DNA of 63,964 bases, counting the filler, from Stramenopiles sp. TOSAG23-3 (taxonomy: Eukaryota): assembly GCA_900128585.1 (NCBI GenBank). It is 4 parts of 4 records of this genome, joined end to end, with 100 filler letters (N's around TTAATTAATTAA, not from the genome) between each part and the next. Parts side by side here need not be neighbours in the genome. Positions count along the whole stretch, not along the records: positions 29,847 to 59,509 come from LT642234.1; 3 more parts are not named here. One strand, given 5' to 3'. This document shows positions 37,099 to 47,488 of the stretch, piece by piece. Within the stretch, counting starts at the first letter, position 1. Each line of letters opens with the position of its first letter. The notes below the pieces were generated by a model. The model saw nothing but the letters and a program-made list of their open reading frames with translations, had not been told where the DNA came from and made no database searches. Made by a program: the position numbers and the translations under genes.

Positions 37099-39540
37099 TT
37101 ACGCACCTGGACCGGCGATCATTACTGCAAGCAAGACTACCCCTAGCATAATGCCGTGCCACTGACGCACAATTACACCGAGAGCTCGAAACCCCATTTC
37201 GCTGTGATTCGACATGTAAGAATAGATGAAATTGTTTGAGTTCGCGTGATACTGGAGTGATAGTTCGTACAAAGTCAAAGGGAATTTGTTGTGTTTGTCA
37301 ACTTTTGAAAATCCTGCTTCGCCGTTCTCATCCAGTCCGCCCCCGGCACCCGCAAACCTAGCCTTTGTAACTAGTTCCTTTTGTTTATCTTGGCAGTATG
37401 TAAGGTACGCTTGAGTTAATCTTTTGCATATTTGAAAGCAAGACTCGGTCGTTTGCCCTCCTAAATAAACGCAGATGAACAAAATAACACCATTGATGAA
37501 AACCCCACAGAATTGTAGAAGGTTGCTCTTTTCGAGGACATCAATGTTGGTCATAGAGTACGTGGAGATCAGGGCTCCAATCAAAGACGTGACAACTGCT
37601 GGGGAATAAATCCACTTTCCAAGAATTTTGCTTGACGAATCCACCATGCATCTAACTTTATAAAATGTGGTTACATGCTCGCCTGCAAGTTCACGGTCCA
37701 GGGTAGCATGATGCATCACGTACATTGCGAGTGAAATCTGCATGTAGACGTACAGGCCAATGGTGTGCCACACAATTTGCACAATATACAAAAAAAAGAT
37801 CACCGTCAGCATCCCAAGGCTTGCCCATGTAGTAGAGTCCATAGTGGCCGTGGCCGTCCCCACAGACAACCACGAAGCGTTGTAGAGAAGGGAAATCACC
37901 AGCCCTGCTCCTTGGCCGTAGTAGATGCATCGCGTAAAGCGCCTTTGGCCGTAAAACTGACTTTCTCGGTTGCGGAGCTGGAAAACAATCAGGCGCTTTA
38001 AAAGCTTGTCGCGAAACAAAACCTCCCCCATTGCGTATTGACAGTATCCAGCAAACATAAGTATAAACGCTTCCCACACTGCCTGTGGCGCCCCAGCAAC
38101 ATCGAGCGTGAGAATCAGGCGCAACAAACCAAAAACAAAAACACATACAGCTGTAACACCACTGCAAGCGTGGCGCTTCATTTTGTTGTCCAAGCAGTCG
38201 ATCCCATGTACTGTTAAGAGCAACTTCCATCTCTTGCCACCCCATAATTTATACAAGTCCTCCAGCTCATCGCGCATGTCTGGCTCGGGGTATTTTTCGA
38301 TAAGCTCCAATGGCGACAGATCGTCATCAAACCGTTTCTTTTTCTTTTGTGTAACCTTCTCTTTAACTTTGGCGACCCGTTTTGGTTTTCGTTTTGGAAA
38401 GGCGATTCGTTTCTTCTTCCCCATTTGCACTGTTGTCGGCTCGGGGGCCGTTTTTGGTCGGGGGTCATCGTCTTCCAACAAATAATCCACCTCTTTCTTT
38501 AGTTCAGCTTGCATCAATCGCGGGGATGCGGTGTAAGGTCTTGCATCAGCCTGGTCTCCGGGTGTAGAGGGGCGCCCCCCGCCCATTTTGTGAAACTCTT
38601 CGATCTCTTTCACGCGTTGCTCACTCAGCACTTCCTTATCCTCTTCTTCTGCACTATCTCGTTTTGGGTCTTTCTTTGTCTTCCCTTCCTCGTCGTCTTC
38701 GCTGGAATCTTCTTCGCTGGAGTCTTTTTCTGACTTTTCACCATCGTCCGAGCTACTTTTTTCCCCATCTTCCTTCTCTTCCTTTGCCTCGGGGTGGTCG
38801 TCGTCTTCTTCTTCTTCTCGAACTTCTTTGACTGGGCTGAGAATGCTCCCTTGTACATCTTGATCGTCCTCCGAATCCGATTCTGCAAAAGCCACCCTCC
38901 GTTCACCGCTGGAAGGACGGGACATTGGTTTTGCGCCTGCAGATTGAGGCCTGATTGAGCTTGCTGAGCTAGCACGAGACGACGATACGACAGAAGAAGA
39001 GCGAGTAGACAAAGAACCAGCGGACTTTGGGCGGACATTGTGGATAAGCTCTTGGTCTGGCGGGGCTTCGATGACGCTGGCAGAGACTGGTCTCGAACGG
39101 GGAGGACTTCGGCTGCGCCTACTACCCCGGCTGCTCGGCCGGCTCCTGCTAGATGTTGGTCTCTGGGACTTTGCTAGTTTTAATTTTAATGTCTCGGTAA
39201 ACGTTTGCATATCCATCAATTTGAGCTGTAAATCGTTGAACTCTAGCGTCCTCGACCGCAACGCGTCCTTCAAGCGGTCTATTCGATCCAAGTATTTGTC
39301 ACAGTCTACCTCCAGGCGATCTTTGTCCTGCTTTAAGTTTATAATTATTTTCCTAAACTTTTTATTCTTGTACTTTAGCAGTTGGGCCTCCGCATTTCTT
39401 TCATTAATCATGTTCGCTTGCTCGTCGCGAGCTTTGTAAAGAGCATCGTCGACCATGCGAAAAGCCGCCGCCTCTGTAAGCATGACCTTTGGGACATTGA
39501 GCTTCTTAACGAGGCTAGGCAAATTGGGGTTTGGTTGCAT
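37099..39540 (-). CDS. Coiled-coil/low-complexity N-terminus plus a C-terminal 7-TM domain resembling gustatory-receptor-like/DUF3537 (7TMIC) proteins
   Basis: 813-aa ORF with seven hydrophobic segments in the last ~375 aa, including ILFICVYLGGQTTESC and YMSNHSEMGFRALGVIV before the last helix. The CDS is secure; the family is inferred. Confidence 0.65.
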   Translation of the reverse strand: MQPNPNLPSLVKKLNVPKVMLTEAAAFRMVDDALYKARDEQANMINERNAEAQLLKYKNKKFRKIIINLKQDKDRLEVDCDKYLDRIDRLKDALRSRTLEFNDLQLKLMDMQTFTETLKLKLAKSQRPTSSRSRPSSRGSRRSRSPPRSRPVSASVIEAPPDQELIHNVRPKSAGSLSTRSSSVVSSSRASSASSIRPQSAGAKPMSRPSSGERRVAFAESDSEDDQDVQGSILSPVKEVREEEEDDDHPEAKEEKEDGEKSSSDDGEKSEKDSSEEDSSEDDEEGKTKKDPKRDSAEEEDKEVLSEQRVKEIEEFHKMGGGRPSTPGDQADARPYTASPRLMQAELKKEVDYLLEDDDPRPKTAPEPTTVQMGKKKRIAFPKRKPKRVAKVKEKVTQKKKKRFDDDLSPLELIEKYPEPDMRDELEDLYKLWGGKRWKLLLTVHGIDCLDNKMKRHACSGVTAVCVFVFGLLRLILTLDVAGAPQAVWEAFILMFAGYCQYAMGEVLFRDKLLKRLIVFQLRNRESQFYGQRRFTRCIYYGQGAGLVISLLYNASWLSVGTATATMDSTTWASLGMLTVIFFLYIVQIVWHTIGLYVYMQISLAMYVMHHATLDRELAGEHVTTFYKVRCMVDSSSKILGKWIYSPAVVTSLIGALISTYSMTNIDVLEKSNLLQFCGVFINGVILFICVYLGGQTTESCFQICKRLTQAYLTYCQDKQKELVTKARFAGAGGGLDENGEAGFSKVDKHNKFPLTLYELSLQYHANSNNFIYSYMSNHSEMGFRALGVIVRQWHGIMLGVVLLAVMIAGPGA

Positions 39541-40322
39541 TGTATATTACCTGGTTAGTTCGTTTAACAGACACCTGCCTGCCTAGTGGTCAGAACGAAT
39601 AAATTCTTTTTGAAAGCAATGTATACTGACAACAGATATGTTGGTTGTCCATTGGCAATTTCTGACTTGCAAACACATACGCCAGACTGAACGATACCTT
39701 ACTTGCTACAGACTATAAAAGGGGAAGAGATGTTGATCATCATCATCATGAATTATAATGCGTTGTGGTAGTCGTCGTGGTGTAGTATTATTATAACAGG
39801 AACACAGTATAGAAGAGGAAGATTGGAGGGATTGTTGTCCTCGCACTCTATCGCAGCAATGGCGTGATAACACTCAAATAGCAAGGCTAATTAATATCTA
39901 AGGATTATAATTTCATTCCATTTTTATTTATACGTTACGAAATTGAAGGAGAAGAAATACATAGTAAAACAATAAAGAGTAATAAACAGTAACCCAGTAA
40001 TAAATAAAACAAAATCCATATATATACATGATATCCTTAAATATGAGATTTGAAGATGTGGTCTTTTTGTTGTTGTGATTTCCGTCCTCTCGGCGGTTAC
40101 GTTATTTAATAATAATAATAAAACCGTGGAACGACTATTATTATACTGTATGTTCCCCAAAAGGCTCTGTCTCACAGAAGATTGCTAGCAAATCCAGTGA
40201 CAGGGCACGTTCTCCCCAAAGAAACGCTAGAGTTCGGGTGGTTATACAGTAGACTAAATGCAAATTTTACTTCAGGCACAGATAATACCGTAGAGTTAGA
40301 TAAGCCGGCACCGCCACGCAAA

Positions 40323-41957
40323 ATGGCCAACCTAGAGGGCAACCCAGACCGTTCCTTTCAAGCCTGGGAACATACGCTGCTGAAGCCGACTGCTGCTCCT
40401 TTCTCTTTCACAGAGCGAGAATTTATACAGAATCAAGAAAAAAATGTTTGTCAGCCTAGTGTCCCTGTGCACGTACCTAAGTGCGAGGAGCATGTGGCAA
40501 CCGATAAATCCGATAAACTGTTAGATGTTAGGGCCGAAACTAGAAAATTGAAAAGAATGGGAAATATTTTAAACCAATATGTACAACTGTCCCTTAACTC
40601 TCGGGGAACGAAACAAAAAGGTGACACCGAGGTGAAGCAAGCGGAACCCGCCTGCAACGTAGCGGAGCCCCATGAGTTGGCTCCTGGTCCCAACGAAACA
40701 AAAAACTCGGAAGCAAAGATTACTGTTAAACATAGAAAGATGATGGCAGAAGTTGCGTCTATACAGCGGCAGCACAAAGCTGTATTTTTGAGAGGTGGAA
40801 AACAGTTTTCGCCTCGTTTTTTACTGACGCAAAAAAAATGGGAGTACGCTGTACAAGAGGCCGACCAGGAGGGACAACAGTATCACGCTAAAGACGGGAC
40901 AGTTCCTTTAAACGTTTACCAGAACAGCAACAAAGACGATTTCGTCTTAGGGGTGTTGGCAACCGACCCTTTGGTGAAATTCAAAACAAAACACAACAAG
41001 CCCAAACCTATAGTAACGAAAGCGGCCCCTCGCCCAAGGCAAATAGAATTCGAAAAGAAATTTGGCGTATGTCCCGAGATTGATGGCGAAAGAAGCCGCG
41101 ATATAGTTCCACGGCCTCCTAAAATGACAAGCAGGCACCGCCGGCCGCCTTTTCTATCTTATGATAGAGGGCACAAACATATATTTATCACCGAAGCTGA
41201 TACGCATCCGCCCAATCGGCAACATGTACGAGGAAAAGAAAAAGAAGCCCCTGCAACAGTCACTAAATGCATTAGCTTCGAAGAAAGTTTGCGTGGCAAA
41301 AAAACAACCGAAGAAAGGGCTCTTCTCATAACCGATAGGGTTCTAGAAAGGTTAATCAATGTCAGGCGGAACCAACTAGCAGACCAACCAACGGCATTTA
41401 AGGTGGATGAAATCAAATCTGAAATAGAACAAGTTCAAGGGCCAGAGAAAGCACACATTCGTGTTGAAATGGGGTCGTATTTGCTGAAGAAAAAACTGGT
41501 AAACAAATTTGTACGTAAAGTAAAGCATAAAGCAAAGAAACAAGCTTTGCTGAGCATTTACGGAGAAAGGAGTAAATTGTACCGATCAGAGTACAATAAA
41601 ATCTGCAAGGATGCCCAGGAATACTTTCGTTCTGCATCGACGCCGAAAGAACCTGAAAGCAAGGTCTCCGCTTCGAATTTAAGGGAGGAAGCGGCAGCGG
41701 CTCTAAAGCCCAACATGTTGAAGACGATTGACTCGTTGCACACCACAAAACAACACGGGAAGCTTCAATTGAGCGACGCCCTACACAAAACAGCGTTGCA
41801 TCTGGTTCACGCGGGTGATGAAACGACACTTTACGCCGTGATGTCTCTAAGTCCTGGCACTCTTAGGAAATTTTTGAGGTTTAAGAAACATTTGGAAGAT
41901 GAAGAAGAGAAAATGGTGACGCGAAGGGAAGAAATTATGAAAATATTTATACCTTGA
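40323..41957 (+). CDS. Hypothetical basic protein
   Basis: 591-codon open frame with coding-like composition between AT-rich spacers. First ATG is at 40323; no motif recognised. Confidence 0.7.
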   Translation: MANLEGNPDRSFQAWEHTLLKPTAAPFSFTEREFIQNQEKNVCQPSVPVHVPKCEEHVATDKSDKLLDVRAETRKLKRMGNILNQYVQLSLNSRGTKQKGDTEVKQAEPACNVAEPHELAPGPNETKNSEAKITVKHRKMMAEVASIQRQHKAVFLRGGKQFSPRFLLTQKKWEYAVQEADQEGQQYHAKDGTVPLNVYQNSNKDDFVLGVLATDPLVKFKTKHNKPKPIVTKAAPRPRQIEFEKKFGVCPEIDGERSRDIVPRPPKMTSRHRRPPFLSYDRGHKHIFITEADTHPPNRQHVRGKEKEAPATVTKCISFEESLRGKKTTEERALLITDRVLERLINVRRNQLADQPTAFKVDEIKSEIEQVQGPEKAHIRVEMGSYLLKKKLVNKFVRKVKHKAKKQALLSIYGERSKLYRSEYNKICKDAQEYFRSASTPKEPESKVSASNLREEAAAALKPNMLKTIDSLHTTKQHGKLQLSDALHKTALHLVHAGDETTLYAVMSLSPGTLRKFLRFKKHLEDEEEKMVTRREEIMKIFIP

Positions 41958-42096
41958 GAGATCCTATTAAAACAAGAAAATTGGCTGTTATTTAAGGCAA
42001 GAGATCCTATTAAAACCCAAAATATTTTACACGTATAGTGTGTTATTGCTCGTTGATTCTAGCTTTTGATTTTAAGGGTATTTATTTGCATTTAAC

Positions 42097-44250
42097 TCAG
42101 GGCTCTTCGCACCCGTGGCTATTGTTCAAGCACATGATCCTTTCAGTGCACAAAGTAAGCATCTTTCGAATTGACACCGACTCCAGCAGAACGTTTGGGA
42201 CAGAAAGGGAAAACTCCGCCTTGCAGATGCTACACTCAGTTTTCCCTGATATACACTCGGAACAAAATGTGTGACCGCAGGGCACCAGTGCTCTAGGCTT
42301 TGCGAATATTTCTCCACACTCGGTACAAAGGCAGTCCGGCCTTAAAACCTGCTTCAACTTGTCCATCTCTTGTTCCTCCGTGGCATTTAAGGGGTGCACA
42401 CAATTGCACGGCTGGTCATCTAGCCTACCGCCAGGGCTCCCGTTGCTACTCCTGGAGATGTCTTCTAACTCATTCAACCATTTTGGTGTTTGGCACGCCA
42501 TCGAAGGAAAGTCATGGCAACGGCTCGCTTCTTGCAGAACGGACGAATTCACGCAGCCTTCTCTCAAAACTTTGTTAGACTTTGTGTACGCTAGCAGTTG
42601 ACTAGATATCGACTCTATTTGGCAGTGCAGCATTTCGATTTCCAAGCTGAGCTTGCGAGCATGGCGGTTGCCATCGCCGGCCCCTTCCGCCGGCAGGAGG
42701 GACCGCGGCCTGGTGCATTCTTCCATCCCAATTGCACTTTTGAGCTCATTATCTTTGCAGTTCGGGCAGAAAATGTCCTCATCGTTGTTCCAAGCGCAAA
42801 ACTGTGCTTCTGCGGCGTTGTTCACTAAATTCAAGACTTCCTCGCTATGTTTTTTTTTCAAATCTAAAATCTCCACTTTTTGTCGCTTCGTTACTAGCTC
42901 CAATTTTCTTACCTTTACCACTTGTGCATCACTCTCCTTCTGGAACGACAAGCGTTGGGCCTCCATCATCCCCATGAGTTTTTCCAAATTCCGCTCTTTC
43001 TTGGAGTGTGCGCTCGCAAGTGTATTGTTCTTTTGTTTGTGCGCGTTTAACCTCTTGGTCAAGGATTCTACCTCATTTTTGTATTCCATCAGGTCTTTCT
43101 GGTAATTTTCTTGCAGTTCTTTATGTTTTTTGTGCAGCGTTTCCAAATGGCCCTGCAAACTGATTTGTTGTTTTTCTCTCCACTTTATAACCATGCGGTA
43201 CTCCTTCAATAGGTCCTTTGTTGGGTCCACTTTTTTGGTTTCCATGGACATTGCTGGTGACGCCATGTACTTGCTAGAAAACGCTCGTTCCTTTTCCTTG
43301 CCATTCTTTCCCCTGTCTCCCTCCAGACCTTTAATCGATCGCATGGCACCATCGGAAGAACGCTTTCCCGGCTTACCGGAGTCTTTCGGGACAGTAATGG
43401 TCATTATTGTGTCGTGCCGGCTCACAACGTGCTTTCCCCGGTCGGGGCTGGCGCTGTTTTTCATGTCGTCGTCGCTGTCACTAGTGCCCTCGATGCTGCT
43501 GCTGCCGTGGTCTCTCCCTGAAGAAATGTGCCGGTCGTCTAAAATGTATTTTTGGGACGCATGCCCGTACAACTTGTCCTTCCCATCGCTAGGGTTCCTC
43601 TTTTTATCGTCTTTTTTCCGTCTGTTGGCCAGGTAATGGTTGCTATGCTCCCGCTTTGCCACTTTCTTGCGAAGACCAATTTTAGGAAAACTTAAAAGGT
43701 TCACAGCAGCAGCGGCGGCGGGCCTATCGGAAGCTTTGGTGGACCGGCCGTACTCGCCTCTGCGTTCGTGCCGACCAAACTTCACTTCCTCGTCTGTCGA
43801 CTCCCCCGAGTCGCTTTCGGTGAAAAAATCGGAAGTCGAAGAGGAGTGAGAGGAAGAATCGCCCCCTTGGAATCGAACCCGATTATTTTTGTCTTCTAAT
43901 GACCTAATGACTCGTTTGCGCAGACTGATGTCATTTTTGACCTCTTTCGTCGTTTTCCAGATCATGTCTTCCTTTTCTCGCTCGCGTTTGGCCAACCTTT
44001 CTGGGCTACACTTTTGATATTCTCGCTTTTTGTTTTCGCTTTTGTTCGCTTTCAACCTTGTAGTGAACATTAGGTGGTCTTTGCCCACCACAAACGGCAA
44101 TGACATCTGATGTGTCGTCTCTGCGACTCTGCGTTTGTAGTGACCTCGGAAGGACTCTTCTAGCGTGGTGTGTTTGCGCTCCCCCGACGTCTTGAGCCAC
44201 TCTTTACTCTCTGCAGCAGCCAGCCCCCTGCAGCTCTCCAGGAAGGCCAT
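42097..44250 (-). CDS. Coiled-coil protein with a C-terminal C3HC4 RING finger
   Basis: CTECGEIFAKPRALVPCGHTFCSECISGKTECSIC followed by VPNVLLES, with a central heptad-rich region. First ATG is at 44250. Confidence 0.85.
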   Translation of the reverse strand: MAFLESCRGLAAAESKEWLKTSGERKHTTLEESFRGHYKRRVAETTHQMSLPFVVGKDHLMFTTRLKANKSENKKREYQKCSPERLAKREREKEDMIWKTTKEVKNDISLRKRVIRSLEDKNNRVRFQGGDSSSHSSSTSDFFTESDSGESTDEEVKFGRHERRGEYGRSTKASDRPAAAAAVNLLSFPKIGLRKKVAKREHSNHYLANRRKKDDKKRNPSDGKDKLYGHASQKYILDDRHISSGRDHGSSSIEGTSDSDDDMKNSASPDRGKHVVSRHDTIMTITVPKDSGKPGKRSSDGAMRSIKGLEGDRGKNGKEKERAFSSKYMASPAMSMETKKVDPTKDLLKEYRMVIKWREKQQISLQGHLETLHKKHKELQENYQKDLMEYKNEVESLTKRLNAHKQKNNTLASAHSKKERNLEKLMGMMEAQRLSFQKESDAQVVKVRKLELVTKRQKVEILDLKKKHSEEVLNLVNNAAEAQFCAWNNDEDIFCPNCKDNELKSAIGMEECTRPRSLLPAEGAGDGNRHARKLSLEIEMLHCQIESISSQLLAYTKSNKVLREGCVNSSVLQEASRCHDFPSMACQTPKWLNELEDISRSSNGSPGGRLDDQPCNCVHPLNATEEQEMDKLKQVLRPDCLCTECGEIFAKPRALVPCGHTFCSECISGKTECSICKAEFSLSVPNVLLESVSIRKMLTLCTERIMCLNNSHGCEEP

Positions 44251-45098
44251 GGTTGGAACTGTGGTGAAGTGCAGGAACAGGCAACTTGTTCTATAGCTTT
44301 GGCGGTCGCAACACTGCTCTCTACAACCACTGCGGAATATGTCCCCTAAAATGTAGCCGCTTCTCTCAGACTGGTTGCTTTTTAAACCCAAAGTATGGAC
44401 AAACGTATGCCAGCCAGTTTTGCCTTCACAATGACGAGAAAAAAAAGAGTTAGTCGTTTATTACTGTTTCCTCCTCCTCTTCTTTTTTTATTATTATTAT
44501 TTATACTACTGATCCTCCTTTGTTACTTGTTATTATCATCATGTCTTCTTCTATAATAATAATATACCAAATGCCACCTTTTATCTTGGGGAACGATTTC
44601 CATACTATCTAGATGTTAAATTAACTCCTCAGAAATAGTTAATTAGTTTGCAACAGACTAATACGTAAAAACGTGATTATTAAGGAATATGTTCTATATA
44701 AATATTTACCACTTCGTCTTACTAATTATATATAATATACAATTATTCGCGATCCGACAAAATAATATGATTGAAGTAGTAGTTATCCTTAATATAAAAA
44801 GTTTCGGAGGGAGTACTGCTCGCGCAGTTTTTTTTAACAACAGGCAAATAGTATTAACTATGTCACATCACACACCATCATTCTTTTACGGTAGTTAGTC
44901 CCAGATATTGATCATCGGTATTTATACATACATGAATATAAACCAAAATTGTATATTATTATATTAAATAACAGCCAATTTTCTTGTTTTTATTATATTT
45001 TATAATTAAATAAAAACAAGAAAATTGATATAACATATGATAAGATAAAAAAAGGTGGAATAATATATATATAATATAAAACATAGAGGACGACGTAC

Positions 45099-46172
45099 TC
45101 ACAGTATGCCATAATCGTTAAAACTATGTCTTTGAATGCGATGTTGAGAAGATTCAGCAGAGGTGACGGATTTCCCATCACAGTCTGTGTTTACAGGGAC
45201 AAAGAAATCATCTTCGTCTTCAGTCAAAACATCTTCTTCCAGGCCATCCGAGCGCCGTGCAGCTTTCTTAATCCTTCCCGCCATGACACCGACAATACCA
45301 AAAAACGCAAAACTTAGCGAACTTGTGGCGACGTAAAAGCTAGCTTTTGCGTTGCACCTCGCTTGGGAACGGTCTGGAGAGAAAAACGTCGGGCATGAGT
45401 CACACTCGGCGGAACCAAGGGCAGAGTACTCCCCGGCGTCGCACTTCTTTGGCTCGGCGGTGTTCTCTTCCGCGCACGAGTGCCCGGCGATGCATTCGAC
45501 GCACGCGTTCTTGTCACTGCCCCCACTGCGGGGGTTGAAAAGGCCAGCAGGGCAAGGAGTGCAGGACGGTTGCCCGCTCGCATCTGAAAAAGTGCCCTTC
45601 GGGCAAAGCGAGCAACGGCCACTCCCGGCTTCACTAAAGGTTCCTGGAGCGCATGGCTCACAGCGTGTGCCGCCAACAGAGAAACTCCCCGAGGGGCAAA
45701 GAAACACGTTCCCCTTCTTGTCCACGGTCTCCCCCTTCGGGACCCTGGCCCCGCTGGTGCCTCCCAAGTGCGCCGTTGCCTTCTTAATCAGATCATCTAC
45801 TACGTTATTCGATGCATGGTGCGTGTCTCGCACACTCACGTCGCTACTGTGATGGGACGGCTTGGCGGGGTGCGCCGGGGCGCCTTCCCTTGCGCTGTGG
45901 TCTTTCTTGTGAAGGTGGGCCTCGCTCGGCTTCCCGCTGTGGCTCTTCTCCCCGTGGCCCTTCCGCGGTTCTACTACTTTGGAACTCGACGAGGCCATCA
46001 AAGAGACACTCTTGAAGCGGTGCTTGTGCACCGCCGCCACGATTTTCTCCCCTTTATTATGTACAGCAGCCGCTCGGACCGGTTTCGCCCATTTCCTACT
46101 CGCACCATTCACAAAAACGAAAGAGCAAAGAACGGCAACAAGCAAGACGAACCAACTTGCGTGTTTTCCCAT
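45099..46172 (-). CDS. Type I membrane protein with GCC2/GCC3 (ephrin-receptor-like) Cys repeats
   Basis: Signal peptide, His-rich linker, CPSGSFS/CAPGTFS/CPKGTFS/CPAGLFN repeats, one TM, and an acidic tail ending DYGIL. Confidence 0.85.
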   Translation of the reverse strand: MGKHASWFVLLVAVLCSFVFVNGASRKWAKPVRAAAVHNKGEKIVAAVHKHRFKSVSLMASSSSKVVEPRKGHGEKSHSGKPSEAHLHKKDHSAREGAPAHPAKPSHHSSDVSVRDTHHASNNVVDDLIKKATAHLGGTSGARVPKGETVDKKGNVFLCPSGSFSVGGTRCEPCAPGTFSEAGSGRCSLCPKGTFSDASGQPSCTPCPAGLFNPRSGGSDKNACVECIAGHSCAEENTAEPKKCDAGEYSALGSAECDSCPTFFSPDRSQARCNAKASFYVATSSLSFAFFGIVGVMAGRIKKAARRSDGLEEDVLTEDEDDFFVPVNTDCDGKSVTSAESSQHRIQRHSFNDYGIL

Positions 46173-47488
46173 GGTATGAACGGAAAGGAAATGAAAAAAA
46201 CCTTTCGTTTCTATTTATTGTTCCGTAGTAACTGACTATTCAATTAATTGTAAACGAAGACGCCAGAACTTTCTCCGCGCAAGCCTTCGTCACTCTCAAT
46301 CCTAACCTACTACCATTTCGCCAATTTCGCTTTTGTGTAAACGTTAACTGTTGTTAAAACACTTTTTTTTTTCTTTTTTTTTTTTTCCTTCTTCTTTCGA
46401 CGATGTCTCTATACTACTTCTATATTAATTTTTTTAGTCGTCTAATTGAAAAAAGGAATATAATAATCGCTCGTTCCTCCTGGCCTCTCCCTCTTTTTTA
46501 TTTTAATAATTATTCTTTTCCTATTCTTTACTTACTTCGTAATTTTTAGATTTTAATTTCTTCTTCATTATCATAAAATCAGTATACTAATAGTACATTT
46601 TATCTATTTTTACCTATTCTAATAAATATAATAAATCAAATAGCATTGATTTGTACAAGACTACTATAAGAATACCATTGGAATCCGTTCCCCCACTTTC
46701 TAAGAAAGTGATCCCTTCCTTCCCTTCCTTTCCTTTCCTTCATTGAATATTTTATTAATTTAGATTGATAGGATTCAGTACTAGTCATAAATGTCTAGTT
46801 AAGTACGTAGTCTACGAGAAGGTCAGGTCGGACTTTACTTCTCCTTATTTAATTGATTTAAATTTTAATACATAATCATAGCATAGAACTAACTTGATTT
46901 TCATAGAATACATTCACATACATAATAATAGCATCCGATCGAATAAAATAATCTATACCAACCATTCACCCACCCATCTCTATTCTAGCTGCTATATGCT
47001 TTGATGTACAATTTAAATTAATACGTAGTTAGTCGTTCTATATAAACGTATTATAAGTGTTACACCACATCTATTATTTTTTTAAATAATCAATATAGGG
47101 TAGGTACGTATAAATAAATAAAAATACAATTTTGGTAGGATCGATCAACAACAACAATAGATATTATTATTTATACTCGATTTAGTAGTATAGGTAGTAC
47201 TATATTTATTTATTATATTCGCCCCATCATCATCATCATCCAATGTTCAACAACCAACAACAAAACAAACAAACAAACAAACAAACAATGGAGAAAAAAA
47301 ATAAAGAATTATCATACGAATTCATTCTAATACTCCTATAATTGTACAACAAGGAATCAAACAAATCCATTCATTCTTTACGAAGGTCTACATTATCACC
47401 ACTAGAAAAGAGTGGCAAGGTTTTTAATTAACGAGCGGCCACTACTACAGCGCATTTCCCTGTTTCTTTCCTGTCGTTGACCACCATC

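Noticed and set aside
41957-42016. 17-bp direct repeat AGAGATCCTATTAAAAC as a CRISPR-like array or target-site duplication
   Set aside because: Only two copies, 43 nt apart, in a eukaryotic 3' spacer; a simple local duplication.
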